Source of the DNA: Squalus acanthias
Lineage: Eukaryota
Direction: 5' to 3'
NCBI GenBank assembly: GCA_030390025.1
Contig: JASTWF010000328.1
Location: 62,001 to 126,000, forward strand
Length of the DNA stretch: 64,000 nucleotides
Each line of letters starts with the position of its first letter. The stretch's first letter is position 1. The notes under the pieces were generated by a model. The model saw nothing but the letters and a program-made list of their open reading frames with translations, searched no databases and was not told the origin of the DNA. A program made the translations under genes and the position numbers. This document shows positions 13,635 through 27,915 of the stretch, one piece after another.

Positions 13635-15003
13635 TCCAGTTGAGGCCGAACCAGAGGATTGGCTATCTAACAGAAAGCAAAGAGTTGGGATAAATGGTTC
13701 ATTCTCGGGTTGGCAATCAGTAACTAGTGGTGTTCCACAGGGGTCAGTGCTGGGTCCCCAACTCTTTACAATCTATATTAACGATTTGGAGGAAGGGACC
13801 AAGTGTAACATATCAAAATTTGCAGATGATACAAAGATGGGAGGGAAAGTAGTGAGTGAGGAGGACATAAAAAACCTGCAAGGGGACATAGACAGGCTAA
13901 GTAAGTGGGCAGAGATTTGGCAGATGGAATACAACACTGGAAAGTGTGAGGTGATGCACTTTGGCAGGAAAAATCCTAGAGCAATTTATTATCTTAATGG
14001 CAAGAAACTGGAGAGTACTGAAGTGCAAAGGGATCTGGGGGTCCTGGTGCATGAAACTCAAAAGGTTAGTATGCAGGTGCAGCAAGTGATTAAGAAGGCA
14101 AATGGAATGTTGGCTTTCATTGCTAGGGGGATAGAATATAAAAATAGGGAGGTATTGCTTCAGTTGTACAAGGTATTGGTGAGACCGCACCTGGAATACT
14201 GCATACAGTTTTGGTGTAACAACAGAAAACGCTGGAAAAACTCAGCAGGCCAGGCAGCATCCGTGGAGAGAGAAAGAGAGTTAACGTTTCAGGTCGATGA
14301 CCTTTCGTCAGAACTTGGTGTCCTTACTTAAGGAAAGACATCCTTGCTCTCGAGGCAGTGCAAAAAAGGTTCACTCGGTTAATCCCGGGGATGAGGGGGT
14401 GGTCATATGAGGAGAGGTTGGGTAGATTGGGACTCTACTCATTGGAGTTCAGAAGAATGAGAGGCGATCTTATTGAAACATATAAGATTGTGAAGGGGTT
14501 GGACCGGGTGGATGCGGGGAGGATGTTCCCGATGACGGGTGAGACTAGAACTAGGGGACATAGTCTTAGAATAAGGGGCTGCTCTTTCAAAACTGAGATG
14601 AGGAGGAACTACTTCACTCAGAGGGTGGTAGGTCCATGGAATATGCTGCCACAAAAAGCTGTAGAAGCTACATCATTAAATAAATTTAAAACAGAAATTG
14701 ACAGTTTCCTAGAAGTAAAGGGCATTAAGGGTTACGGGGAGCGGGCAGGAATTTGGACATGAGTCTAGGTTCGGATCGGTCATGGCCCTGTGGGTAGTGG
14801 AGCGGGCCCAGGGACCGTGTAGCCTGATTCTGCTCCTATTTCGTGTGTGCAATTCTGTTAGATGCAGGAGATGGTTCTGTGATAGATAGTAGATTGGCGG
14901 TTAGGATCAGATCAGCCATGATCTTATTGAATGGCGGAGCAGGCTCGAGGAGCCGATTGGCCTACTCCTGCTCCTATTTCTTATGTTCTTATGTTCTTAT
15001 GTT
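13635..15003 (+). mobile_element. CR1 LINE, 5'-truncated, related to 5923-9434
   Basis: PQGSVLGP, FADD, RPHLEYC; TTCTTATG tail. Confidence 0.9.
14218..14314 (-). mobile_element. Penelope-like family B hammerhead fragment inserted in CR1
   Basis: HHR motif 14279-14315; target duplication TTGGTGT at 14211-14217 and 14315-14321. Confidence 0.82.
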
Positions 15004-16111
15004 ATAAAGGTTCATCATAACTTCCTTGCTTTTGGACTCTATGCCTCTATTTATAAAGCCCAGGATCCTGGAAGCTATTTTAACCCCTTTCTCAACCTGC
15101 CCTGCCACCTTCAACGATTTGTGCACACATACCCCCAGGTCTCTCTGTTCATGCACCCACTTTAGAATTGTACCCTTTAGTTTATATTGCCTCTCCTCGT
15201 TCTTCCTACCAAAATGTGTTACTTTGAACTTTTCTGCATTAAATTTCATCTGCCACGTGTCCACCCATTCCACCAGCCTGTCTATGTCTTCTTGAAGTCT
15301 ATCACTATCCTCCTCACTGTTCACTGTACTTCCAAGTTTTGTGTCATCTGCAAATTTTGAAATTGTGTCCTGTACACCCAAGTCATTAATATATATCAAG
15401 TAAAGCAGTGGTCCGAGTACCGACACCTGGGGAACACCACTGTGTACCTTCCTCCAGTCCGAAAAACAACCGTTCACCACTACTCTCTGTTTTCTGTCAC
15501 TTAGCCAATTTCGTATCCATGCTGCCATTGTCCCTTTTATTCCATGGGCTTCAATTTTGCTGGCAAGCCTCTTATGTGGCACTTGTCGAACGCCTTTTGG
15601 AAATCCATGTACACCACGTTAACCACATTGCCCTCATCAACCCTCTCTGTTACCTCATCAAAAAACTCAATCAGAATCAGAGCGGCCGGGCCCGGCGGAC
15701 GTGCGGCCAGGGCCCCGGCACCAGGAAACCCAGGGTGCAGCGCCTCCCCCAGACAGGAGAAACCACAACTGGCATCGACACAGCAGACCCGCCAATCCAG
15801 AGCCGGGTTGTATCAGGGCGGGCGCTGGATGCGGAAGTCGGTACCTGGCCGCCTGTGTAGGTCATTTTGTTGCTTCAGTTTGAGCTGGAGTGGAGATGGA
15901 GGAGAAGCTGCTGGGTTTAACCCCCAGTACTTCTGAGCCCAGGAGGACCCAACAATTTCCAATGTGAGACTGTCAGGGGAGGTGGATTCTGGGGGAGATT
16001 AGGTTGTTAAACAGACACTATCCCTACAATGTAAAAGAGCATTGTTTCAGAAACAAGTATTGTATTTCTGTAGAGGCTTTTAGTCCAGTTTACATCTACA
16101 GATGTGTTTTA

Positions 16112-16420
16112 ATTCATTCTTGGGATGTGGGCGTCGCTAGCAAGGCCAGCATATGTTGCCAATCCCCAGTTTCCCGTTGAGAAGGTGATGGTGGGCCGCC
16201 TTCTTGAACTGCTGCAGTCCGTGTGGTGAAGGTATTCTCACAATGCAGTTGTGCAAGGAGTTCCAGGATTATCACCCAGCGATGATGTAGCAACGACGAT
16301 ATATGTCTAAGTCAGGATGGTGTGTTACTTGGAGGGGAACTTGGAGGTGACGGTGCTCCCCTGCACCTTCTACCTTTGTCCTTCTAGGTGGTGGAGTTCT
16401 CGGGTTTTGGAGGTTCTGTC
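16112..16420 (-). mobile_element. 3' fragment of a CR1/L2-group LINE in the ZNF intron (also ~23478-23790 and ~52400-52705)
   Basis: Reverse complement of the tail GCCAGCGACGCCCACATCCCA seen at 22682. Confidence 0.7.
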
Positions 16421-16828
16421 AAAGTTCTGGTCGAGTTGCAGATGTATAAAGTCCATCTCCTTTGCCCCCCTCCCACTCCCACCTCTCTCTCTCTCCTCCC
16501 ATAGAGGCCAGAGTCGTGTGTAGGCCCAGACCAGGTGGTGGATTCCCTTCCTGAGGGACATTAGTGAACCAGTGAGATTTTACGACAATCCGGCAGTTTT
16601 CATGGTCACTTTTTTCTGGTGCCAGCCCCACAAATTACCAGCTTCATTAAACTCAATTTCACTACCTGCTTCTTTAGTGGGTTCTCTCTCACGCTCCCTG
16701 TTTTAAATTCATTTTACAGTGTATTAGAAGGGGAGGATTTGTTGACGGGAAACTCAAACTACACATCAAATCAAGATCTGACAGAGTCACTCGATTCATC
16801 GGAACTTGAATATCATCAGCCTTTGAAT

Positions 16829-17884
16829 ATGGAAGCAAAAAGCACCGTTCACAATGGGGAGAAACCGTACACGTGTTCTGTGTGTGGACGAGGCTTCAGC
16901 CGATCCTCTGGCCTGTCAATACACAAGCACAGTCACACTGGGGAGAGGCCGTTCACCTGCTCTGAGTGTGGGAAGGGATTCACAAATTCATCCCACATAC
17001 TGAGACACCAGCGAGTTCACACCGGGGAGAGATCATTCACTTGCTCCATGTGTGGGAAGGGATTCACTCAGTCATCCAACCTGCTGAGACACCAGCGAGT
17101 TCACACTGAGGAGAGGCCCTTCACCTGCTCTGTGTGTGGGAAGGGATTCAGTCAGTCATCCAACCTGCTGAGTCACCAGCGAGTTCACACTGATAAGAGA
17201 CCTTTTAACTGCTCGGACTGTGGGAAGTGCTATAAAAGTTCCGGGGAACTGACATGCCATCAACGTGTTCACACTGGGGATAGACCGTTCAGCTGCTCTC
17301 ACTGCGGGTCTGGGTTCAGGCGATCATCTGAACTCACTGTACACCAGCGCACTCACACTGGGGAGAGGCCATTCACCTGCTCCATGTGTGGGAAGGGATT
17401 CACTCAGTCATCCACCCTGCTGAAACACCAGCGAGTTCACACTGGGGAGAGGCCATTCACCTGCTCTAAGTGTGGGACGAGATTCACTAATTCATCCGAC
17501 CTTCGAACACACCAGCGAGTTCACACCGGGGAGAGGCCGTTCACCTGCTCTGAGTGTGGGAAGGGTTTCACTCGTTCATCCCACCTGATGACACACCAGC
17601 GAGTTCACACTGGGGAGAGGCCATTCACCTGCCTTGTGTGTGGGAAGGGATTCACTCAGTCATCTACCCTGCTGAATCACCAGCGAGTTCACTCTGATAA
17701 GAGACCATTTAAATGCCTGGACTGTGGGAAGTGTTATAAAAGTTCCGGGGAACTGACATGCCATCAACGTGTTCACACTAACAAGACAGTACACACTGGG
17801 GAGAGGCCGTTCACCTGCTCTGAGTGTGGGAAGGGATTCACTCAGTCATCCACCCTGCTGACACACCAGCGAGTTCACAATTGA
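16829..17884 (+). CDS. C2H2 zinc-finger protein ZNF-3, 12 fingers, 351 aa, no KRAB visible
   Basis: Intact frame from ATG (MEAKS); acceptor TTTTACAG ending 16719; AATAAA at ~18029. Confidence 0.88.
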   Translation: MEAKSTVHNGEKPYTCSVCGRGFSRSSGLSIHKHSHTGERPFTCSECGKGFTNSSHILRHQRVHTGERSFTCSMCGKGFTQSSNLLRHQRVHTEERPFTCSVCGKGFSQSSNLLSHQRVHTDKRPFNCSDCGKCYKSSGELTCHQRVHTGDRPFSCSHCGSGFRRSSELTVHQRTHTGERPFTCSMCGKGFTQSSTLLKHQRVHTGERPFTCSKCGTRFTNSSDLRTHQRVHTGERPFTCSECGKGFTRSSHLMTHQRVHTGERPFTCLVCGKGFTQSSTLLNHQRVHSDKRPFKCLDCGKCYKSSGELTCHQRVHTNKTVHTGERPFTCSECGKGFTQSSTLLTHQRVHN

Positions 17885-18289
17885 CTGCAGGGGTTGGATT
17901 CTGCTGTTATTGTTGCTGTTAATCACATCCAGGACTGAACCATGTTCATTCTGACAGTTGGGGTTTGTTTCTGCTGATGTCAATAACACCTATAACTGGG
18001 CTGGAGTTTAATATTCTGGATATATGTCAAATAAATCAGCTTTGTGTTAAACACATTGTTGTAGATTTTTGTCTTTCCCACCTGAGTGTTTAGCATCACC
18101 TGGCTGGAGCTCAGAAAGGACAATCTGGGGGAGGATCGTACGGCGGGAACAGAACTTCAGCCTGGACACAGTCCTTCAGGGCCACACTGAGAGGGGCAGA
18201 CGGCACTTTGGCCTTTCTTGAGGTGTGTATGAAATGTGTCCCAGCCGCTCTCTGCCATGGTTCTGAGCTCCCGGGCACGGAGCAGACGG

Positions 18290-18772
18290 CTCCTCTAGAA
18301 ATGAGCCCCAGTCCATTGTTTGCTTCTTTTATGGCCTCATTAACCTGCGTCGCTACTTTTAGTGATTTGTGTATCTGGACCCCGAGATCCCTTTGTTCCT
18401 CGACCCCATTTAGATTCTTATTTTCCAAGTAGTGTGTGGTCTCCTTATTCTTCCTACCAAAACACACCACCTCACACTGATCTATACTGAAATATATCCA
18501 AATTACAGGCCCATTCTGCAAATTTATTCATGTCTTCTTGCATTTAGTCCCAGTTTTCCTCAGTATTAACTTTACCTCCCAATTTGGTGTCATTGACAAA
18601 TTTTGAAATTGTACTTCTGATTCCCGAGTCCAAACCGTTTAATAAATGATGAACAACAGTGATCCCAGCACCGATCCCCGTGGAACACCACTTCCCACCT
18701 ATTGTCAGTCTGAGTAGCTACTCCTAACCCCTACTCTCTGTTTTCTGTTTTGTGACCAGCTTGCTATCCATA
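18290..18772 (-). mobile_element. CR1 RT fragment (duplicate at ~25550-26033)
   Basis: EEQRDLGVQIHKSLK on minus strand. Confidence 0.8.
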
Positions 18773-18864
18773 ACAGTATGTACGGTCTACAAGAGGACCA
18801 AGGTCAGGCCGAGTGGAGTGAAGGGCCAGGCAGCAGAATGGATGGAAAGATGGCTACAAAACCA

Positions 18865-20775
18865 AACAATTGACAAAAAGGGAGAAAATAGAATGAGAGT
18901 AAATTAGCAAGAAATATAAAAACAGACTGTAAGAGCTTCTACAAGTATGTGAAAAGGACGAGAGTAGCAAAAGCAAGTGTTGGTCCATTAGAGGCTGAGA
19001 CAGGAGAAATTAAATTGGGGAACAAGGAAATGGCAGAGACTTTAAATAAATATTTTTTTATCTGTCTTCATAGTAGAAGACACAAAAAGTAAACCAAAAA
19101 TAGTGGGGAACCAAGGGGCTACTGAGAGCGAGGAACTTAAAGTCATTAATATCAGTGGAGAAAAAGTACTTGAGAAACTAATGGGACTAAAAGCCGACAA
19201 ATCCCCTGTACCTGACGGCCTACATCCTAGGGTTCTAAAAGAGGAGGCTGTGGAGATAGTGGATTCATTGGTTGTGATCTTCTAAAATTCCCTCGATTCA
19301 GGAATGGTCCCAGCGGATTGGAAGGTAATAAATGTAACCTCGCTATTCAAGAAAGGAGGGAGAGAGACAACAGGGAACTACAGGCCAGTTAGCCTGACAT
19401 CAGTTGTTGGGAAAATGCTGGAATCCATTATTAAGGAAGTGGTATCAGGGCACTTAGAAAATCATAATATGATTAGGCAGAGTCAACATGGTTTTATGAA
19501 AGGTAAATTGTGTTTGACAAATTTATTGGAGTTTTTTGAGAATGTAACTAGCAGGGTAGATAAAGGGGAACCAGTGGATGTGGTATATTTGGATTTCCAA
19601 AAGGCATTCGATAAGGTGCTACATAAGAGGTTGTTAAGCAAGATAAGGGCACACGGGGTTGGAGGTAATGTGTTGGCATGGATAGAGGATTGGTTAACAG
19701 ACAGAAAAGAGAGTAGGGATAAATGGGTCATTTTCAGATTGGCAGGCTGTAACTAGTGGGGTGCCGCAAGGATCAGTGCCTCAGCTATTTACAATCCATA
19801 TTAATGACTTAGATGAAGGGACTGAGTGCAATGTGTCCAAGTTTGCTGATGATACAAAGCTAGGTGGGACAGTAAGCTGTGAGGAGGACACAAAGAGCTT
19901 GCAAAGGGATATGGACAGGTTAAGTGAGTGGGCAAAAAGATGGCAGATGGAGTATAATGTGGGGAAATGTGAGGTTATTCACTTTGGTAGGACGAACAGA
20001 AAAATAGAATATTTTTTAAATGGTGGTAAACTATTAAATGTTGGTGTTCAGAGAGATTTAGGTGTCTTCATACAAGAAACACAGAAAGCTACCATGCAGG
20101 TACAACAAACAATTAGGAAGGCAAATGGCATGTTGGCCTTTATTGCAAGGGGGTTGGAGTATAAGAATAAGGAAGTCTTGCTACAATTATACAGGGCTTT
20201 GGTGAGACCACACCTGGAGTACTGTGCACAGTTTTGGTCTCCTTATTTAAGGAAGGATATAGCTGCCTTAGAGGCGGTGCAACAAAGGTTCACTAGATTG
20301 ATCCCTGGGATGAGAAGGTTGTTCTATGAGGAGAGATTGAGTAGATTGGGCCTATACTCTCTGGAGTTTAGAAGAATGAGAGGTGATCTCATTGAAACAT
20401 ATAAGATTATGAGGGGGATTGACAGGGTAGATGCTGAGAGGCTGTTTCTCCTGGCTGGAGAGTCGAGAACTAGGGGGCATAGTCTCAGGACAAGAGGGTC
20501 GGCCTTTTAAGACAGAGATCAGGAGAAATGTCTTCACTCAGAGGGTTGTAAATCTTTGGAATTCTCTGTCCCAAAATGTTGTGGATGCTCAGTGGTTGAG
20601 TATATTCAAGGCTGAGATAGTTAGATATTTGGACTCTGGGGGAATCAAGGGATATGGGGATAGTGCAGGAAAGTGGAGATGAGGTAGTAGATCAGCCATA
20701 ATCCTATTGAATGGTGGAGCAGGCTCGAGGGGCTGAATGGCCCACTCCTGCTGCTGATTCTTATGTTCTTATGTA
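18865..20775 (+). mobile_element. CR1 LINE, degenerate; contains the empty site of the 22-kb nested insertion
   Basis: RT ORF fragments 19103-20510; single TGAGTATATTCAA at 20597-20609. Confidence 0.9.
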
Positions 20776-21554
20776 AAATAGAAATCAGAGGGTTGGAGTT
20801 AAGGGAAGTTTGTTGCCATCTTTCCATCCATTCTGCTGCCTGGCCCTTGTCTCCACCCGGCCTGACTGTGGTCATCTTGTCGACTGTACATATTACAGAC
20901 ACAGTGCACCAGTGGTGGAGGGGGTGGATATCGAGTCCTGTGGCAGGGGCTCTGATGAAGTTGATTTCTCCGTCCCGTGTGTTTTGAGGCATCGCTAGTT
21001 GCGTTTTTCACCTCTTTCCACCTTTAAACAAAAATCTTTTTGCCATTTTATTAAAGCCATTAAAAACCTCCCAGATAAGTCACACAAAAAAATGAGGCCT
21101 TGTATGTTTCCGTCAGAATGACAGGCCTGAACTCGAGTTAGAAATCACAGTTAGAAAACATTCAGCAATTAAACCAGACTGGGCGGGGCCTGAGGTGTGA
21201 GTTAGTAATGGAAAAGTGGAAGCCAACTTCCTTTGCACCAGGGCTGAGGACCCGGGCACTAAGGTTTCTGTATAATTTATTTATTAATTTTGTTTAATGC
21301 CCAATATTGCCGGGCAGTGTCCTCGGCCCAACCATCTTCAGCTACTTCATCAATGACCTTCCCTCCATCATAAGGTCAGAAGTGGGGATGTTCGCTCTAG
21401 ATTGCACAGTGTTCAGTTCCATTCACGACTCCTCAGATAATGAAGCAGTCCATGCCCGCATTCAGCAAGACCTGGATGACATCCAGGCTTGGGCTGATAA
21501 GTGGCAGGTAACATTTGTGCCACACAAGTACCAGGCAATGACTATTTCCAACAA

Positions 21555-21966
21555 AATCATCGAGCAGAAACTGATAGCCAAGTTACGCACCCATGAGGAC
21601 GGTCTCAACCGGGATCTTGGTTTCATGTCACGCTACAGGACGTGACTCAACATCGTTGTCTGGTTCACAGATGTGATTTCCAGTTTTTAAAAAAAAGTAA
21701 AAAGCTTAAACTGCAGACTGCAGCATTTGACACGTTGGACCCCCTGTGACCCCACCTCATTGTCTTAGCTGTACTCTGCTGTGTCTTTGATGTAATGCCT
21801 CCCTGACGGATTGTATCTCTGCAGACACATTGTTCTCTGTCTATAGATACTTTGTAACCGATTTGTATTCCCTCACTGTACCTGACGAAGGAGCAGAGCT
21901 CCGAAAGCTCGTAATTTCAAATAAAACTGTTGGACTATAACCTGGTGTTGTGCGACTTCTCATTTT
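21555..21966 (+). mobile_element. Penelope-like element 3' fragment (family A) with hammerhead
   Basis: Encodes IEQKLIAKLRTHEDGLNRDLGFMSRY, resembling a GIY-YIG endonuclease C-terminus; TSD TATTTCCAACAA at 21543-21554 and 21967-21978; empty paralog at ~50775-50790. Confidence 0.85.
21879..21913 (+). ncRNA. Minimal type I hammerhead ribozyme motif
   Basis: tac-CTGACGA-a-ggagc aga gctcc-GAAA-gctc-gta. Confidence 0.75.
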
Positions 21967-22719
21967 TATTTCCAACAAGTGAGAGTCTAACCACCGCCCT
22001 TTGACATTCAACGGCATTACCATCGCCGAATCCCCCACCATCAACATCCTGGGGGTCACCATTGACCAGAAACTTAACTGGACCAGCCACATAAATACTG
22101 TGGCAACAAGAGCAGGTCAGAGGCTAGGTATTCTGCGGCGAGTGTCTCACCTCCTGACTCCCCAAAGCCTTTCTACCATTTACAAGTCACAAGTAAGGAG
22201 TGTGATGGAATACTCTCCACTTGCCTGGATGAGTGCAGCTCCAACAACACTCAAGAAGCTCGACACCATCCAGGACAAAGCAGCCCGCTTGATTGGCACC
22301 CTATCTACCACCTTAAACATTCACTCCCTCCACCACTGGCGTACCGTGGCTGCAGTGTATACCATCTACAAGATGCACTGCAGCAACGTGCCAGGGCTTC
22401 TTCGGCAGCACCTCCCAAACCCGCGACCTCTTCCTCCTAGAAAGACAAGGGCAGCAGTTGCATGGGAACACCATCAACTCCAAGTTCCCCTCCAAGTCAC
22501 ACACCATCCTGACTTAGACATATATCGCCATTCCTTCATCGTCACTGGGTCAAAATCCTGGAACTCCCTCCCTAACAGCATTGTGGGAGCACCTTCACCA
22601 CACGGACTGCAGCGGTTCAGGAAGGCGGCTCACCACCACCTTCTCAAGGGCACTTAGGGATGGGGAATAAATGCTGGCCTTGCCAGCGACGCCCACATCC
22701 CATGAAGGAATAAAGAACC

Positions 22720-23215
22720 AGAGTGCCCCGCGCGGGTGAATAGGGCCTATCTCCATCAGCAGGGGCGCAGTGCGCAGGCGCGAGAAGGGCTGGTCCCCGG
22801 ATACCGCCTTCCTGCGCGGAGCATGCGCGGTGCGGCTCCAGGAAACTGAGCGGGGGCGAGCGCGGCCTCAGCAACACCGAGTGCGCGTCTCAGGCCCCGA
22901 ATCAGAGCGGCCGGGCCCGGCGGACGTGCGGCCAAGGCCCCGGCACCAGGAAACCCAGGGTGCAGCGCCTCCCCCATCCGAGCCGCCGCTTCCCGGTTTC
23001 TTTAGCCGGTTCCACCGAGTCCGACCCGGGACAAAGGACAGGAGCCAGGCTCCTAGAATGGCCCACGGCCCCGGGGAGCATGCGCACTCTCAGCGGGGAA
23101 ATCAGCGCGTTGGATAGAGCGGTTTCTGGTGTGCAGGGAATTGTGGGTGCTGCGGTCGCCATTAGTCAGCGGCTGTGGGGAAGAGTTTTATTGCAGGCTG
23201 ACGGAAGGTAGGTCC
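22720..23215 (+). promoter_or_regulatory. CpG-island promoter / non-coding first exon of ZNF-4 (paralog ~51525-52020)
   Basis: GC/CpG-rich, GCATGCGC motifs, candidate donor AAG|GTAGG at ~23208. Confidence 0.5.
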
Positions 23216-24190
23216 CTGGCCGCCTGTGTAGGTCTTTCTGTTGCTTCAGTTTGAGCTGGAGTGGAGATGGAGGAGAAGTTGCTGGGTTTAACCCCCAGTA
23301 CTTCTGAGCCCAGGAGGACCCAACAATTTCCAATGTGAGACTGTCAAGAGAGGTGGATTCTGGGGGTGATTAGGTTGTTAAACAGACACTGTCCCTACAA
23401 TGTAAAAGAGTATTGTTTTAGGAACAAGTATTTCTGTAGAGGCTTTTAGTCCAGTTTACATATACAGATTTGTTTTAATTCATTCTTGGGATGTGGGTGT
23501 CGCTAGCAAGGCCAGAATATATTGCCAATCCCCAGCTTCCCGTTGAGAAGGTGATGGTGGGCCTTCTTCTTGAACCGCTGCAGTTCCTGTAGTGAAGGTG
23601 TTCTCACAGTGCAGTTGTGTAATGAGTTCCAGGATTTTGACCCAGCGATGATGTAGCAACAGCGACATATGTCCAAGTCAGGATGGTTTGTGACTAGGAG
23701 GGGAACTTGGAGATGATGGTGTTCCCGTGCACCTTCTACCTTTGTCCTTCTAGGTGGTGGAGTTCTCGGGTTTTGGAGGTTCTGTCAAAGTTCTGGTCGA
23801 GTTGCAGATGTATAAAGTCCATCTCCTTCGCCCCCTCCCACTCCCACCGCTCTCTCCTCCCATAGAGGCCAGAGTCGTGTGTCGGCCCAGACCAGGTGGT
23901 GGATTCCCTTCCCTGAGGGACATTAGTGAACCAGTGAGATTTTACGACAATCCGGCAGCTTTCATGGTCACTTTTTTCTGGTGCCGGCCCCACAAATTAC
24001 CATCTTCATTAAACTCAATTTCACAACCTGCCTCTTTAGTGTGTTCTCTCTCACACTCCCTGTTTTAAATTCATTTTACAGGGTATTAGAAGGGGAGGAT
24101 TTACAGACGGGAAACTCAAACCAAACATCACGTCAAGATCTGACAGAGTCACTCAATTCATCGGAACCTGAATATCATCAGCCTTTGAAC

Positions 24191-25144
<954 letters not shown>

Positions 25145-26124
25145 CTGCAGGGCTTGGATTCTGCTGTTATTGTTGCTGTTAATCACATCCAGGACTGAAC
25201 CATGTTCATTCTGACAGTTGGGGTTTTTTCTGCTGGTGTCAATAACGCCTATAACTGGGCTGGAGTTTAATATTCTGGATAGATGTCAAATAAATCAGCT
25301 TTGTGTTAAACACATTGTTGTAGATTTTTGTCTTTCCCACCTGAGTGTTTAGCATCACCTGGCTGGAGCTCAGAAAGGACAATCTGGGGGAGGATCGTAC
25401 GGCGGGAACAGAACTTCAGCCTGGACACAGTCCTTCAGGGCCACACTGAGAGGGGCAAACGGCACTTTGGCCTTTCTTGAGGTGTGTATGAAATGTGTCC
25501 CAGCCGCTCTCTGCCATGGTTCAGAGCTCCCGGGCACGGAGCAGACGGCTCCTCTAGAAATGAGCCCCAGTCCATTGTTTGCTTCTTTTATGGCCTCATT
25601 AACCTGCGTCGCTACTTTTAGTGATTTGTGTATCTGGACCCCGAGATCCCTTTGTTCCTCTACCCCATTTAAACTCTTATTTTCCAAGTAGTGAGTGGCC
25701 TCCTTATTCTTCCCAACAAAACACACCACCTCACACTGATTTATACTGAAATTCATTTGCCAATTACACGCCCGTTCTGCAAGTTTATTAATGTCTTCTT
25801 ACATTTAGTCCCAGTTTTCCTCAGTATTAACTTTACCTCCCAATTTGGTGTCATCGACAAATTTAGAAATTGTACTTCCGATTCCTGAGTCCAAATCGTT
25901 TAATAAATGGTGAACAACAGTGGTCCCAGCATCGATCCCTGTGGAACACCACTTCCCACCTTTTGTCAGTCTGAGTAGCTACTCCTAACCCCTACTCTCT
26001 GTTTTCTGTTTTGTGACCAGCTTGCTATCCATAACAGTATGTAAGATCGACAAGATACCCAAGGTCAGGCCGTGTGGAGTGAAGGGCCAGGCAGCAGAAT
26101 GGATGGAAAGATGGCTACAAAACC

Positions 26125-27866
26125 AAACAATTGACAAAAAGGGAGAAAATAGAATGAGAGTCAATTAGCAAGAAATATAAAAACAGACTGTAAGAGCTTC
26201 TACAAGTATGTGAAAAGGACGAGAGTAGCAAAAGCAAGTGTTGGTCCATTAGAGGCTGAGACAGGAGAAATTAAATTGGGGAACAAGGAAATGGCAGAGA
26301 CTTTAAATAAATATGTTTTATCTGTCTTCACAGTAGAAGACACAAAAAGTAAACCAAAAATAGTGGGGAACCAAGGGGCTACTGAGAGTGAGGAACTTAA
26401 AGTCATTAATATCAGTAGAGAAAAAGTACTTGAGAAACTAATGGGACTAAAAGCCGACAAATCCCCTGGACCTGACGGCCTACATCCTAGGGTTCTAAAA
26501 GAGAAGGCTGTGGAGATAGTGGATTCATTGGTTGTGATCTTCTAAAATTCCCTAGATTCAGGAATGGTCCCAGCGGATTGGAAGGTAATAAATGTAACCC
26601 CGCTATTCAAGAAAGGAGGGAGAGAGACAACAGGGAACTACAGGCCAGTTAGCCTGACATCAGTTGTTGGGAAAATGCTGGAATCCATTATTAAGGAAGT
26701 GGTATCAGGGCACTTAGAAAATCATAATATGATTAGGCAGAGTCAACATGGTTTTATGAAAGGTAAATTGTGTTTGACAAATTTATTGGAGTTTTTTGAG
26801 AATGGAACTAGCAGGGTAGATAAAGGGGAACCAGTGGATGTGGTATATTTGGATTTCCAAAAGGCATTCGGTAAGGTGCTACATAAGAGGTTCTTAAGCA
26901 AGATAAGGGCACATGGGGTTGGAGGTAATGTGTTGGCATGGATAGAGGATTGGTTAACAGACAGAAAAGAGAGTAGGGATAAATGGGTCATTTTCAGATT
27001 GGCAGGCTGTAACTAGTGGGGTGCCGCAAGGATCAGTGCCTCAGCTATTTACAATCCATATTAATGACTTAGATGAAGGGACTGAGTGCAATGTGTCCAA
27101 GTTTGCTGATGATACAAAGCTAGGTGGGACAGTAAGCTGTGAGGAGGACACAAAGAGCCTGCAAAGGGATATGGACAGGTTAAGTGAATGGGAAAAAAGA
27201 TGGCAGATGGAGTATAATGTGGGGAAATGTGAGGTTATTCACTTTGGTAGGACGAACAGAAAAATAGAATATTTTTTAAATGGTGGTAAACTATTAAATG
27301 TTGGTGTCCAGAGAGATTTAGGTGTCTTCGTACAAGAAACACAGAGAGTTAGCAAGCAGGTACAGCAGCAATTAGGAAGGCAAATGGCATGTTGGCCTTT
27401 ATTGCAAGGGGGTTGGAGTATAAGAGTAAGGAAGTCTTGCTACAATTGTACAGGGCTTTGGTGAGACCACACCTGGAGTACTGTGCACAGTTTTGGTCTC
27501 CTTATTTAAGGAAGGATATAGCTGCCTTCGAGGCGGTGCAACAAAGGTTCACTAGATTGATCCCTGGGATGAGAAGGTTGTCCTATGAGGAGAGGTTGAG
27601 TAGATTGGGCCTATACTCTGGAGTTTAGAAGAATGAGAGGTGATCTCATTGAAACATATAAGATTATGAGGGGGATTGACAGGGTAGATGCTGAGAGGCT
27701 GTTTCTCCTGGCTGGAGAGTCGAGAACTAGGGGGCATAGTCTCAGGACAAGAGGGTCGGCCTTTTAAGACAGAGATCAGGAGAAATGTCTTCACTCAGAG
27801 GGTTGTAAATCTTTGGAATTCTCTGTCCCAAAATGTTGTGGATGCTCAGTGGTTGAGTATATTGAA
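26125..27866 (+). mobile_element. CR1 LINE (duplicate of 18865-20775), left part; resumes at 49829-50005
   Basis: Near-identical to 18865-20609. Confidence 0.9.
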
Positions 27867-27915
27867 ATGAGAAGTCGCACAACACCAGGTTATAGTCCAA
27901 CAGATTTATTTAATT

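Larger units (their letters stand above)
13089..15673 (-). mobile_element. CR1 LINE (13089-13634 plus 15004-15673), split by a plus-strand CR1
   Basis: ORFs 14989-15582 and 13217-13603 are consecutive parts of CR1 ORF2; tail ATTCTATG repeats. Confidence 0.88.
21310..22715 (+). mobile_element. CR1/L2-group LINE 3' part, interrupted by a PLE
   Basis: GSVLGPTIFSYFINDL, NILGVTID, YKSQVRSVMEY; duplicate at 50545-51525. Confidence 0.85.
15675..22898 (+). repeat. Segmental duplication unit 1 (promoter/exon, ZNF, CR1, LINE)
   Basis: GAATCAGAGCGGCCGGGCCCGG recurs at 15675, 22899 and 51708 with colinear downstream content. Confidence 0.9.

Noticed and set aside
16619..16828. Long N-terminal extensions of ZNF ORFs in the ORF track
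   Set aside because: They start at GTG/TTG and run through the polypyrimidine tract and splice acceptor, so they are intronic or leader sequence.
15675..22898. Duplication unit length (~7.2 kb) similar to Tx1 length (~7.18 kb)
   Set aside because: No sequence relationship; the unit is ~6.8 kb without its PLE insert.
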